Origin: a virus
Direction: 5' to 3' (one strand)
IMG/VR virus record: IMGVR_UViG_3300025120_006500
Location: 2,685 to 66,684 of that record
Length of the DNA stretch: 64,000 bases
In this document: positions 9,287-18,659 of the stretch, one piece after another
Layout: every line of letters begins with the position of its first letter
Position numbering within the stretch: the stretch's first letter is position 1
Notes under the pieces: generated by a model
What the model saw: the letters and a program-made list of their open reading frames with translations, nothing else
Database searches by the model: none
Told to the model about the DNA's origin: nothing
Position numbers and translations under genes: made by a program

Positions 9287-9586
9287 ATGGGATGGATTAA
9301 AAATAAGGTGGGTGGTTGGTCTGGAAAAAAGTCAGTTATTGACGTCGATGTGTTTGAAAGCAACGACACTCCTAGGTACAATGATTCGCCTAATTTTTAT
9401 CAACGTAATCCACAACACACATTTCGTGTGTACAATGCTACAGGTGGAATGATCATAGAAACAAGTAGATGGAATCCAACTGCAGGCGAGTGGGAAACTG
9501 AAATGACTGTAATTCATAATGATAGCACAGAACAAGTAACTAATGATATTGCTAAAATTATAACTCTAGAGAGTCTAAAAAAATGA
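9287..9586 (+). CDS. Hypothetical protein
   Basis: 99-aa ORF in an operon; AAGGA upstream. Confidence 0.7.
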   Translation: MGWIKNKVGGWSGKKSVIDVDVFESNDTPRYNDSPNFYQRNPQHTFRVYNATGGMIIETSRWNPTAGEWETEMTVIHNDSTEQVTNDIAKIITLESLKK

Positions 9587-10050
9587 AAAAGAAATTCTAC
9601 ACACACAAACAAATAGATAAATTAACAGAGAAAATTGTTTACCAATTAGCTAGAGAGCAATGGAAGCCTGATTATGTAATTGGGTTAACCAGAGGTGGAC
9701 TAATACCGGCTGTTTATATCAGCCATATACTAGATGTTCCAATGTTAACACTTAAAATTAATCTACGTGATCACGTAGAACAAGATGATCTCTATGAAGC
9801 TCATCACGGTATATACGATTTGATAGGGCATAAGAAGATATTGATAGTAGATGACATCAATGATACTGGTGCTACATTAAATTATATATTAGATCAAGTT
9901 AATGTTGATCAACAGTCAGCTGATCTTAAATTTGCAGTACTAATAGATAATCTTAGTAGTGACTTTAAAGGCACAATTAACTATGCAGGAACAGAAATTA
10001 ATAAAGCTGAAGAGCCTGTTTGGATAGTATACCCATGGGAAGTTGATTGA
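9583..10050 (+). CDS. Type I phosphoribosyltransferase (Gpt/Hpt-like)
   Basis: GLTRGG, PRPP loop IVDDINDTGAT, C-terminal WIVYPWE. Confidence 0.9.
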   Translation: MKKKFYTHKQIDKLTEKIVYQLAREQWKPDYVIGLTRGGLIPAVYISHILDVPMLTLKINLRDHVEQDDLYEAHHGIYDLIGHKKILIVDDINDTGATLNYILDQVNVDQQSADLKFAVLIDNLSSDFKGTINYAGTEINKAEEPVWIVYPWEVD

Positions 10051-10277
10051 CTTTTATACTTAAATATAGTAAAATAATAGGATGGATAGCAAATATTTTT
10101 ACTGTTATAGGAGTTGCACTAACAAGTTGGAATATATTTCCGTTGAATGTATGGATACTATCTTTCGCAAGTCTAGTTTGGATACTATCAGGCATTGCTT
10201 GGAGAAAACCTGAGTTATGGACTTTGAATATATTATTGTTTACTTTATATTTTTATGGAGCTCTAAATGCTAGTTAA
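10047..10277 (+). CDS. Small three-helix membrane protein
   Basis: Three hydrophobic segments; GWIAN...NIFPLN pattern resembles ORF 16600-16887. Confidence 0.7.
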   Translation: MTFILKYSKIIGWIANIFTVIGVALTSWNIFPLNVWILSFASLVWILSGIAWRKPELWTLNILLFTLYFYGALNAS

Positions 10278-10623
10278 AGACACACCGTGGTTTCAATCAA
10301 AACCATTAATTGAACATCCTTTATATTATGTATTTGAAGACAAATATCCTGTAACTAAAGGACACTTATTATTTGTTCCTAGAGAAGACACGCCATTACA
10401 TATTCGAGAATGTTATATAGCCGCATATGAATGGGGATTAGACTTATTTCAAAAAGAAGTATGTGATGGCTATAACATAGGGCAAAACGTAGGAAAGTCA
10501 GCAGGACAAACTGTAATGTATCCACACATACATATGATACCACGAAGAGAAGGCGATATTGCTGATCCTCGAGGTGGTGTTAGACACGTTATTCCAGAGA
10601 AAGGTAATTATTTAAATGGCTAA
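10267..10623 (+). CDS. HIT-family nucleotide hydrolase
   Basis: YPVTKGHLLFVP and AGQTVMYPHIHMIPR. Confidence 0.9.
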   Translation: MLVKDTPWFQSKPLIEHPLYYVFEDKYPVTKGHLLFVPREDTPLHIRECYIAAYEWGLDLFQKEVCDGYNIGQNVGKSAGQTVMYPHIHMIPRREGDIADPRGGVRHVIPEKGNYLNG

Positions 10624-11482
10624 AGTAGCTAAGTTAAAGGTAAGTGAAATATTTTATTCGGCACAAGGTGAAGGCAGATTTATAGGTGTGCCTAGTATCT
10701 TTTTGCGTACATTTGGGTGTAACTTTACCTGCGATGGCTTTGGTATGGCACGAGGTGAAAAGTCAACTGAGCGTAATGCTGTTAAAGTAGAACTGTTTAA
10801 TCAATATGAAGGATTACCTTTAGTAGAAACAGGATGTGATAGTTATGCAAGTTGGGATCCAAGATTTAAACATCTATCACCAATGTTAGAAATACCAACA
10901 GTAATTGAACGTATGAGAGAACTATGCCCTGGTGGGGATTGGTTACAAGCAAATGGTAATGATGTACACATTGTTATTACAGGTGGCGAACCGTTATTAG
11001 GTTGGCAACGTGCATATCCGCAAATGATTGAACACGAAGATATGAAAACTCTGCGTAACATAACATTTGAAACAAACGGTACACAACTATTAACTGAAGA
11101 CTGTGCTGACACATTAGTATTATGGAAAGCGGAATGTCCTAAAAGAGAAATAACATTCTCAGTCAGTGCTAAACTATCAGCAAGCGGAGAAACTTGGGAA
11201 GATGCTGTTAAGCCAGAGGTAGTAGTTGGGTATGAACGTGTTGGTACAACATATCTTAAATTTGTAGTTGAAAAGCCAAACGATCTAGATGAAGTTGATC
11301 GTGCAGTAAAAGCATATAGAGAAGCAGGATTCCAAGGTGTTGTATACATAATGCCAGTTGGTGGCGTTGAAAGTGTATACGATGGTAATAAATTTAACAT
11401 AGCCGATGAAGCAATGCTTCGTGGGTATTATTATAGCCCAAGGTTACACGTTGATCTTTGGGGAAACAGTTGGGGAAAATAA
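10616..11482 (+). CDS. queE: 7-carboxy-7-deazaguanine synthase (radical SAM)
   Basis: SEIFYSAQGEG, FLRTFGCN, ITGGEP, FETNGT and SPRLH motifs. Confidence 0.9.
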   Translation: MAKVAKLKVSEIFYSAQGEGRFIGVPSIFLRTFGCNFTCDGFGMARGEKSTERNAVKVELFNQYEGLPLVETGCDSYASWDPRFKHLSPMLEIPTVIERMRELCPGGDWLQANGNDVHIVITGGEPLLGWQRAYPQMIEHEDMKTLRNITFETNGTQLLTEDCADTLVLWKAECPKREITFSVSAKLSASGETWEDAVKPEVVVGYERVGTTYLKFVVEKPNDLDEVDRAVKAYREAGFQGVVYIMPVGGVESVYDGNKFNIADEAMLRGYYYSPRLHVDLWGNSWGK

Positions 11483-12565
11483 TTGGACAAGTATATATTT
11501 ACAAGTGAATCAGTATCAGACGGACATCCAGATAAAGTAGCAGATCAAATATCCGATGCCTTAGTAGATGCTGGGTTAACAGAAGGTGATCGCACAACAA
11601 GAGTAGCAATTGAAACATTAGTAGCAACAAATCACGTAACACTAGCTGGTGAAGTTAAAAACTTTAATGTCGTTGATGTTAATCAAATAGTTAGAGATAC
11701 TGTTAAGAAGATTGGATACGAACAAGAAGGATTCCATTGGAATACATTAGAAATAGACAATCATATACATAGCCAATCAAGTGATATTGCACTAGGTACA
11801 GACGATTTTGGGGCAGGTGATCAAGGTATTATGTTTGGATATGCTAACAGAGACAACGAAGCATACTTGCCTGCACCTATCTATTACAGTCACCAAATAC
11901 TTAAACAATTAAAGCAAGCAAGACAAAACAATGATATCTTATTGCCAGATGCTAAAAGTCAAGTAAGTGTCGAATATAGAGGTGATCAAATACAGCGTAT
12001 TGACCAAGTGGTAATAAGCACCCAACACACTGAAGGCGATTGTGAAGAGGCTAGAAAAGAAACAAAACTGATTGCAGAGTCAGTATTAGGACATCTAGTA
12101 GATGATGATACTGTATGGCATCTTAATCCTACTGGTAACTTTGTGGTAGGCGGTCCAGATGGTGATTCGGGACTAACAGGACGTAAAATTATTGTAGATA
12201 CATATGGTGGATGGGCACCGCACGGTGGTGGTGCATTTAGTGGCAAGGATCCAACTAAAGTAGATCGTTCAGCGGCCTATATGGCCCGTTGGTTAGCAAA
12301 GAATGTGGTAGCTGATGAAATGGCTGATTGGTGTCAAATACAGTTAAGTTATGCCATTGGCGTTAAGGAACCTACATCAGTGTACATAGAGTCAAATGGT
12401 CATAATCGTTCTATAGAAAAATTTATTAGAGATAATATTGATCTAACACCGTTAGGAATCATTGACAGATTTGATTTATTCAAGTATAATAACTATAGTG
12501 AGAACTGTGTATATGGTCACTTTGGTAATAAAAATGTTCCATGGGAACAGATAGGATGGAAATAA
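11483..12565 (+). CDS. metK: S-adenosylmethionine synthetase
   Basis: FTSESVSDGHPDK, GAGDQG and GGGAFSGKDPTKVDRS. Confidence 0.97.
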   Translation: MDKYIFTSESVSDGHPDKVADQISDALVDAGLTEGDRTTRVAIETLVATNHVTLAGEVKNFNVVDVNQIVRDTVKKIGYEQEGFHWNTLEIDNHIHSQSSDIALGTDDFGAGDQGIMFGYANRDNEAYLPAPIYYSHQILKQLKQARQNNDILLPDAKSQVSVEYRGDQIQRIDQVVISTQHTEGDCEEARKETKLIAESVLGHLVDDDTVWHLNPTGNFVVGGPDGDSGLTGRKIIVDTYGGWAPHGGGAFSGKDPTKVDRSAAYMARWLAKNVVADEMADWCQIQLSYAIGVKEPTSVYIESNGHNRSIEKFIRDNIDLTPLGIIDRFDLFKYNNYSENCVYGHFGNKNVPWEQIGWK

Positions 12566-12566
12566 T

Positions 12567-12947
12567 ATGTTAGATAAACTTAAAAAACTAATAGGTAAGA
12601 CTACTAGTAAAAAGAAAACAACAAAAAAACTTACAGCTAAAGAAGTTGCTGATAAGAAAAAAGAGCCTTATGTAGAAGTATTAAGTATGGACATTGATCC
12701 AGACAATCCAAGTGATGGGGCTTTTGAACTAGATTGGAATGATATCTTTGTAGCTCGATTAATAAAAAGTGGATATCAAGGTAAAACTGATGCAGACATT
12801 GTTGACAACTGGTTTCAAGCAGTATGTCGGAATGTAGTAATGGAAAACTATGAGCAAGAACAAGCTGATCCAGAACGCAGAAGTTGGGAAGAGAAAAAGG
12901 TTATAAACAAGCGAGATCTAGGAGATGGAAGGTCTGAGATTAGTTGA
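12567..12947 (+). CDS. Hypothetical phage protein
   Basis: 126-aa ORF with a basic N-terminus and FELDWN motif. Confidence 0.7.
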   Translation: MLDKLKKLIGKTTSKKKTTKKLTAKEVADKKKEPYVEVLSMDIDPDNPSDGAFELDWNDIFVARLIKSGYQGKTDADIVDNWFQAVCRNVVMENYEQEQADPERRSWEEKKVINKRDLGDGRSEIS

Positions 12948-12976
12948 TTGACTTTCTTAACAATTGATAGTATAAT
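12948..12976 (+). promoter_or_regulatory. sigma70-type promoter, leaderless
   Basis: TTGACT-N17-TATAAT; ATG at 12983 six nt later. Confidence 0.8.
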
Positions 12977-12982
12977 ACTATT

Positions 12983-13978
12983 ATGAGATACTTACTAGTA
13001 GACACAGCAAACACATTCTTTCGTGCTAGACATTCAGCACATCGGCAGGCAGATACTTGGGATAAACTAGGTTTTGCTATGCACGTAACCCTAGCGTCAA
13101 TAAACAAGAGTTGGAGAGATCAAAAAGCTGATCACGTTATATTTTGTTTAGAAGGACGTTCATGGCGTAAAGACTTTTACGAACCTTACAAGAAAAATAG
13201 AACAGTTGCTAGACAGGCATTAACTGAAAAGCAAGCAGAAGAAGATACCCTGTTTTGGGAAGCCTTTGATAACTTAAATAATTTTGTTAAGAATGATACT
13301 AACTGTACTGTATTACAACATAAAGAGCTTGAAGCAGATGATTTAATTGCTGGCTGGATACAAAGTCATCCAGATGATCATCATACTATAGTTTCCAGTG
13401 ATAGTGACTTTTATCAGCTATTAGCTGGTAATGTTAATCAATACAATGGTATCAGTGATGAGTTACATACTCTAGAAGGTATCTTTGATAAGAAGGGTAA
13501 ACGTGTAATTGACAAGAAAACTAGCGAACCTAAAGTAGTTCCAGATCCACAGTATCTATTGTTTAAGAAATGTATCCGCGGTGATACATCAGATAATGTG
13601 TTTAGTGCCTTTCCAGGCGTAAGAGAAAAAGGCTCAAAGAATAAAGTTGGACTGCTAGAAGCGTACGAAGATAAAAACAAAAAAGGTTACAATTGGAATA
13701 ACTTAATGCTACAGCGTTGGGTTGACCATAATGAAGTTGAGCATAGAGTACTAGATGATTATGAACGTAACAGAATTTTAGTAGATCTTACAATGCAACC
13801 AGATGATATTAAAACTAAAATTGCAGGAACTATTGCAGAGGGTATGGTAGTTAAACAGAACCCTATGGTAGGTGCAAAGTTCTTAAAATTCTGTGGTAGA
13901 TATGATTTAACTAAACTCAGTGATAATGCTAGTACAATTGCTGACTTTTTATCGGCACCGTATCCAACTAAAGTATGA
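12983..13978 (+). CDS. 5'-3' exonuclease / T4 RNase H-like flap nuclease
   Basis: LLVD, EADD, SSDSD and GDTSDN acidic FEN-family motifs. Confidence 0.9.
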   Translation: MRYLLVDTANTFFRARHSAHRQADTWDKLGFAMHVTLASINKSWRDQKADHVIFCLEGRSWRKDFYEPYKKNRTVARQALTEKQAEEDTLFWEAFDNLNNFVKNDTNCTVLQHKELEADDLIAGWIQSHPDDHHTIVSSDSDFYQLLAGNVNQYNGISDELHTLEGIFDKKGKRVIDKKTSEPKVVPDPQYLLFKKCIRGDTSDNVFSAFPGVREKGSKNKVGLLEAYEDKNKKGYNWNNLMLQRWVDHNEVEHRVLDDYERNRILVDLTMQPDDIKTKIAGTIAEGMVVKQNPMVGAKFLKFCGRYDLTKLSDNASTIADFLSAPYPTKV

Positions 13979-14556
13979 TAACCGACGGAAGTTTCCTAGC
14001 CCTTGATCTAGAAATGAACCAACCAAGTGGCAAGATTATACAGGTCGGAATAGCCATTGGTGACGTAGATATGCGGTATGATGACTACTTTGTTAAAAGC
14101 TGGTACATAGATCCTAAAGAAGAAATTAGCTCATTCATAACCGAATTAACCGGAATAAGTAGTAGTACGATCCGTGGTGAGGCTTTTTCACACGAATATG
14201 TAGCTCGAGAGCTTAGTGCAGTAATTAATCAATATAAACCTTTTATTAACCCTGTGGTATGGGGGCATAACGATAGTGACGATTTAAGCAAGGAATTCAG
14301 TCAAAACAACGTTGATTTTGGCCATTTTGGCCAGCGTTGGATAGATGTTAAGACCTGGCATACATACTTGATGCTTAGTCGTGCAAAAAGCGTCGGAGGA
14401 AGTCTTAAGGATGCCTGTGCAAGTCACAATATAAACTTTATCGGTCTTGAACATAGAGCTGATGTTGACGCTAAGAATACACTAGCATTATTTTTTAAAT
14501 TATTAAGAAGGCAAAGTAGTATGGAAAGTATGGCCCTAATTGGAAAAGAGGTATAA
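13975..14556 (+). CDS. DEDDh 3'-5' exonuclease
   Basis: ALDLE (ExoI), LTGI, and HRADVDA (ExoIII). Confidence 0.85.
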   Translation: MITDGSFLALDLEMNQPSGKIIQVGIAIGDVDMRYDDYFVKSWYIDPKEEISSFITELTGISSSTIRGEAFSHEYVARELSAVINQYKPFINPVVWGHNDSDDLSKEFSQNNVDFGHFGQRWIDVKTWHTYLMLSRAKSVGGSLKDACASHNINFIGLEHRADVDAKNTLALFFKLLRRQSSMESMALIGKEV

Positions 14557-14560
14557 TAGG

Positions 14561-14589
14561 TTGACTTTGATCGCTACAGAAACTATAAT
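14561..14589 (+). promoter_or_regulatory. sigma70-type promoter of queD
   Basis: TTGACT-N17-TATAAT. Confidence 0.8.
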
Positions 14590-14597
14590 ACTATTAC

Positions 14598-14654
14598 AGA
14601 GGACTTTTATGCGTCGCCCCTCTTTAAATACTCCGCCGTTCATTGCACTAGGAG
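14598..14654 (+). ncRNA. Candidate preQ1-I-like structured leader of queD
   Basis: AGAGG/CCTCT stem near the predicted +1, then TTAAATA and CTCC (anti-SD) ahead of GGAG. Confidence 0.4.
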
Positions 14655-14660
14655 AAACGA

Positions 14661-15131
14661 ATGAGTAAGTTTTATAGCACAAAACATTATGGACACAACA
14701 TTGGCTTGAGTGCCGTCTTTAGGCAACCAAATGCAGATCACTCACACTGTCATTTACTTCACGGTTATAGTTTAGCATTTAAATTTACATTCGGGTGTAA
14801 TAAACTAGATAACAAAAACTGGGCAGTAGACTTCGGTGGACTTAAAGGAATTAAGGCTTGGTTAGAAGATAGCTTTGATCATAAAACCTGTGTAGATACT
14901 GATGATCCACATAAAGATGAGTTTTATCGATTACAAGAAAAAGGATTATGTGAAGTACGTGAGTTCTCAGGTGTTGGTGCAGAGAAGTTTGCAGAACACG
15001 CATTTAATATGGCTGACCAATTGATTAGATCTAATACAGATAATCGTTGTTGGGTGCATTCAGTAGAATGTGCAGAGCACGGTGCTAACTCTGCGATATA
15101 CGAGGGAGATCATAATGAGCTTAATAGCTAA
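14661..15131 (+). CDS. queD: 6-carboxy-5,6,7,8-tetrahydropterin synthase
   Basis: CHLLHGY, VDFG, FDH and terminal E..ANSA motifs; AGGAG SD. Confidence 0.9.
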   Translation: MSKFYSTKHYGHNIGLSAVFRQPNADHSHCHLLHGYSLAFKFTFGCNKLDNKNWAVDFGGLKGIKAWLEDSFDHKTCVDTDDPHKDEFYRLQEKGLCEVREFSGVGAEKFAEHAFNMADQLIRSNTDNRCWVHSVECAEHGANSAIYEGDHNELNS

Positions 15132-15621
15132 AGCAATAGTAAAAAATAAATGTTGGATTGTCGAAGACGATGGTAACAAAGTAGGTAATATATTCCAATC
15201 ACCACGTGGAGTAATATATCACCATGAAGGTAAAAGAGAACCATTTGCCAGCTTAGGAAAACTTACTGCTCGATATAATATCAAAGTTGATAAAAATACA
15301 CCAGTAAAAGTAGAAATTGAAACGAATTCAGTTTATGGATATCCTTGTGAGCATCGAGCAAATAATATTTTGTGGGACGTGCCTAAAGGGTTACCGGTAT
15401 TTACTAAAGGTAAAAAGTCTAAGAGTTTCTTTTGTGCTGGTTATTACATACTTAAATTTAATAACGGTTGGGTCAAGAGTTATTGTCCTAAGTTAATAAC
15501 ATTGAATAGGTATGCCTATGCTGGACCATACAACACATTAGAAGAAATGCAAGAAAACTTAAGAATAGCAAACGGAGCACTTTATGGAACATCAGTTAAG
15601 CCTGCATCTGAAGAAATTTAA
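15115..15621 (+). CDS. Hypothetical phage protein
   Basis: Start moved to MSLIAK, which has GGGAG upstream. Confidence 0.7.
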   Translation: MSLIAKAIVKNKCWIVEDDGNKVGNIFQSPRGVIYHHEGKREPFASLGKLTARYNIKVDKNTPVKVEIETNSVYGYPCEHRANNILWDVPKGLPVFTKGKKSKSFFCAGYYILKFNNGWVKSYCPKLITLNRYAYAGPYNTLEEMQENLRIANGALYGTSVKPASEEI

Positions 15622-15808
15622 CGACCGAGTTAAGGTAATGAATCAAACAAACGGCAAAGAACTCCTATTGCCTAAGCTAGAAGCATTGAATCTTCATAGC
15701 GAAATATTTGAATTACTAGCCAGGATTGAAGATCTTACAAAGAATGTAGAGACAGATAAAACGGATAATGCAAATATAGAAGCAGACTTCGATGGTGGTA
15801 ATTTTTGA
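15584..15808 (+). CDS. Hypothetical protein
   Basis: 74 aa; GGAG upstream; ends DGGNF. Confidence 0.7.
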   Translation: MEHQLSLHLKKFNDRVKVMNQTNGKELLLPKLEALNLHSEIFELLARIEDLTKNVETDKTDNANIEADFDGGNF

Positions 15809-15868
15809 GTTAATATATAGTTATAATAGCAGTTTACTTGATAAATAATGTATACGGAGAACATTATT

Positions 15869-16156
15869 TTGAGTAGACCTAAACCAGAAGTGCTGTTAGA
15901 GCACGTTAACAAAGCAACATATAAGAGCGATCAAGTGCTGAATAGCGAAGGCATTTGGGCAGTTTTCTTTAAAGAAAAGCCAATCAATCTTAAGACACAG
16001 AATGTCCTTATTGCCTACCCAGGCCCTAAGTATAAGAAAGTATCCTTTAGTAATCCAGGACACGCAATTAATCTTGCTAAAAAACTTAACTCGCTATTTA
16101 AATGCGATGATTTTACAGTCGTATTACTTAAACAAGGCGAAAAGATTTATCCATAG
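15869..16156 (+). CDS. Hypothetical phage protein
   Basis: Probable TTG start (MSRPKP) after GGAGA; ATAAATA at 15841-15847. Confidence 0.7.
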   Translation: MSRPKPEVLLEHVNKATYKSDQVLNSEGIWAVFFKEKPINLKTQNVLIAYPGPKYKKVSFSNPGHAINLAKKLNSLFKCDDFTVVLLKQGEKIYP

Positions 16157-16158
16157 GT

Positions 16159-16557
16159 ATGCCACGCACTAACGAATCACTTCAGACCATATGGCAAGCT
16201 AAATTCCAAGAATATCAGTTAAATCCATTTGCACCTAGTCGCATACATAATATAACAGCTACATATTATCCTTTGAATAAGCCATCCAGCTGGTGGTACA
16301 ATCCAATTAATCCAGACAGTTTAAGACTAACTAGATTTTCGTTTCAAATGATATCTAAGCAAAAAAAGATTAAGAATTGGAAATTTAAAACTAACGTTAT
16401 ACTGCCCAAGACTTTGTTAAAAATGGAAAAATACTTTACTAGTCCATATTTTATCGGTCCTAACAGTAAGTCAATCTATGTATATGACGAGCGTGATGCA
16501 ATGATGTTGGGATTACACGCAAACAATCTCGAACAGTATATAGATAACCAATTTTAA
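16159..16557 (+). CDS. Hypothetical protein
   Basis: 132-aa ORF in series. Confidence 0.65.
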   Translation: MPRTNESLQTIWQAKFQEYQLNPFAPSRIHNITATYYPLNKPSSWWYNPINPDSLRLTRFSFQMISKQKKIKNWKFKTNVILPKTLLKMEKYFTSPYFIGPNSKSIYVYDERDAMMLGLHANNLEQYIDNQF

Positions 16558-16564
16558 CAAAGCA

Positions 16565-16600
16565 TTGACTTTAGCACCAAATGAGTATATACTATAAATA
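16565..16600 (+). promoter_or_regulatory. sigma70-type promoter overlapping a TATAAATA element
   Basis: TTGACT-N17-TATACT (16565-16593); TATAAATA at 16593-16600. Confidence 0.7.
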
Positions 16601-16887
16601 TGAATATGAAATCAGCATTCAAAAAACCTGCAACCTATGTAGATTACGATGAACAATTAACCTGGTGGGTTAAGTGGATCGCAACGGCTATGGCTATCGG
16701 GTGTGCAACACTAAGTTCATTGGACGTCTATCCATATAATGTATGGTTAGGTTTCCTAGCTGGTGTAGGGTGGACTTGGGTAGGTTGGAGATGGGGCGAG
16801 CCAGCTCTAGTAGTTATTAATGTAGCAATGACTGTCGTATACGGCACCGGAGTTGTTTTATCACTATTAAGAATATTAGGAGCATAA
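16600..16887 (+). CDS. Small three-helix membrane protein
   Basis: KWIAT...DVYPYN...W.E.AL..IN; resembles ORF 10047-10277. Confidence 0.7.
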   Translation: MNMKSAFKKPATYVDYDEQLTWWVKWIATAMAIGCATLSSLDVYPYNVWLGFLAGVGWTWVGWRWGEPALVVINVAMTVVYGTGVVLSLLRILGA

Positions 16888-16891
16888 TACT

Positions 16892-17146
16892 ATGGAAACT
16901 GTAATTATAATTAGTGCATTTGTAGCAGTTGTAGCAGGGTCTCCTTGGTTGGTAGAAAAATTTAACGATTTTGAGAACTGGCAAGAGCAACGTGAGCAAG
17001 TGGCACTTATGGAAGAAATGGACCAGATGATTAAGGATCGAGGTAATACTATAATAGTACCTCCGAATCCTAATAGACAAAGACTAGTTATAACTCTAGA
17101 TCCAATAATTATAAAACCAACCAAAGGAGTAGCGTCAATTGACTGA
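16892..17146 (+). CDS. Hypothetical protein with an N-terminal membrane anchor
   Basis: AGGAG upstream; hydrophobic N-terminus. Confidence 0.65.
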   Translation: METVIIISAFVAVVAGSPWLVEKFNDFENWQEQREQVALMEEMDQMIKDRGNTIIVPPNPNRQRLVITLDPIIIKPTKGVASID

Positions 17147-17303
17147 AACAGATCAACAAATAGTAGATGCAATATGGGGTGACGATCAATATGAAGTAGA
17201 TCGTAAAGTATTTGATGAAATTTTTGCATTTGCTGATGCAATTAAGAACTGTGAAGCTCAAGGAAAATTAGTAGTAGTTACCGGCATAGAAACCCTACAT
17301 TAA
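17139..17303 (+). CDS. 54-aa acidic hypothetical protein (not in ORF track)
   Basis: TTG start after AAGGAG; MTETDQQIVDAIWGDD...GIETLH; fills the gap. Confidence 0.6.
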   Translation: MTETDQQIVDAIWGDDQYEVDRKVFDEIFAFADAIKNCEAQGKLVVVTGIETLH

Positions 17304-17310
17304 ATAGGCA

Positions 17311-17339
17311 TTGACAGATAGTTATTTTGGTGTTATAAT
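17311..17339 (+). promoter_or_regulatory. Consensus sigma70 promoter with extended -10
   Basis: TTGACA-N17-TATAAT, preceded by TGn. Confidence 0.85.
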
Positions 17340-17370
17340 ACTTGTATTAACATTAAAAAAGGACTAGACA

Positions 17371-18462
17371 ATGTCAGCAGAAAATAGAACAGTTACAAGT
17401 ATAGAAGCAGAGACTAGTATCAGACGCTGTTTTGAAAAGAAACGCCCAGTCTTCCTTTGGGGACCTCCGGGCATTGGTAAGTCAGAATTAATTCAAAGTA
17501 TTACAGACGAAATGAAAGGTCATATGATTGATCTACGTCTAGGTCAAATGGATCCTACAGACATCAGAGGCATTCCTTTTTACAATAAGGACAATGGTAC
17601 AATGGATTGGGCACCTCCAATTGATCTTCCAACTAAAGAAATGGCAGAGAAATATCCTGTTATTGTTTTATTCTTTGATGAAATGAATTCAGCGGCTCCT
17701 AGTGTACAGGCCGCGGCTTATCAGCTAGTGTTAAACAGACGTATTGGCAAGTACGAACTCCCAGATAATGTTGTTATTGTAGCGGCTGGTAACAGAGAAG
17801 GTGATAAAGGTGTTACATATAGAATGCCATCACCATTAAGTAACAGATTTGTACATATAGAAATGAGAGTAGATTTTGAATCGTGGCAGAAGTGGGCAGT
17901 AACTAATAATGTTCATCAAGACGTTGTAGGATATGTGTCGTTTGCCAAACAAGACTTGTTTGACTTTGATCCTAAATCTAGTTCACGTGCATTTGCAACT
18001 CCTCGTTCATGGACATTTGTTAGTGATTTATTAGGGGACGAACTAGACACTAATACAGAGACTGATCTAGTATCAGGTACTGTTGGTGACGGTACTGCTG
18101 TTAAGTTTATGGCACATAGAAAAATAGCTAGTCAAATGCCTAATCCAACAGACATACTTAACGGTAAGGTTAAAGATCTTGCTATTAAAGAAATATCAGC
18201 AATGTATTCATTAACTGTTTCTATGTGTTATGAGCTTAAGGCAATGCACGAAAGTAAAGATAAAGATGATAAAAAATGGCACGAAATGGTAGATAACTTT
18301 TTTAGTTATATGATGGCTAATTTTACTACAGAGTTAACAGTAATGGGTGCTAGAGTAGCTCTTACAGTTTATAACTTACCATTTGTTCCTAACAAACTAA
18401 AAACATTTGATGAGTTTCATAAACGCTTTGGCAAATATATTGTCCAGGCTGTAGGTAACTAG
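17371..18462 (+). CDS. MoxR-like AAA+ ATPase
   Basis: Walker A GPPGIGKS, Walker B LFFDE, AAGN, NRF and TPRSW. Confidence 0.9.
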   Translation: MSAENRTVTSIEAETSIRRCFEKKRPVFLWGPPGIGKSELIQSITDEMKGHMIDLRLGQMDPTDIRGIPFYNKDNGTMDWAPPIDLPTKEMAEKYPVIVLFFDEMNSAAPSVQAAAYQLVLNRRIGKYELPDNVVIVAAGNREGDKGVTYRMPSPLSNRFVHIEMRVDFESWQKWAVTNNVHQDVVGYVSFAKQDLFDFDPKSSSRAFATPRSWTFVSDLLGDELDTNTETDLVSGTVGDGTAVKFMAHRKIASQMPNPTDILNGKVKDLAIKEISAMYSLTVSMCYELKAMHESKDKDDKKWHEMVDNFFSYMMANFTTELTVMGARVALTVYNLPFVPNKLKTFDEFHKRFGKYIVQAVGN

Positions 18463-18473
18463 GGGGATAAAAG

Positions 18474-18659
18474 ATGTTAACTAAAACTTATGATGTAGTG
18501 TATTGGGGAGAAGATGGTAAGAAAGAACTTATCAGTAGTTTCCCTACAAAGGAAGAAGCACAACAAGTATATTTTAAATGTATGGAAGGTGATAAAGAAG
18601 CACAAATCAATAACAGTTATGACATCGAAGAAGGTTACGTAGGAGTTCCTGGATTTTAG
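18474..18659 (+). CDS. Hypothetical small protein
   Basis: 61 aa; AGGGGG upstream. Confidence 0.6.
   Translation: MLTKTYDVVYWGEDGKKELISSFPTKEEAQQVYFKCMEGDKEAQINNSYDIEEGYVGVPGF

Noticed and set aside
10843-11400. 185-aa antisense ORF, and similar shadow ORFs such as 45255-45899, 37652-38122 and 23413-23769
   Set aside because: They lie wholly over well-supported genes, lack SD or motifs, and read like antisense or off-frame translation.
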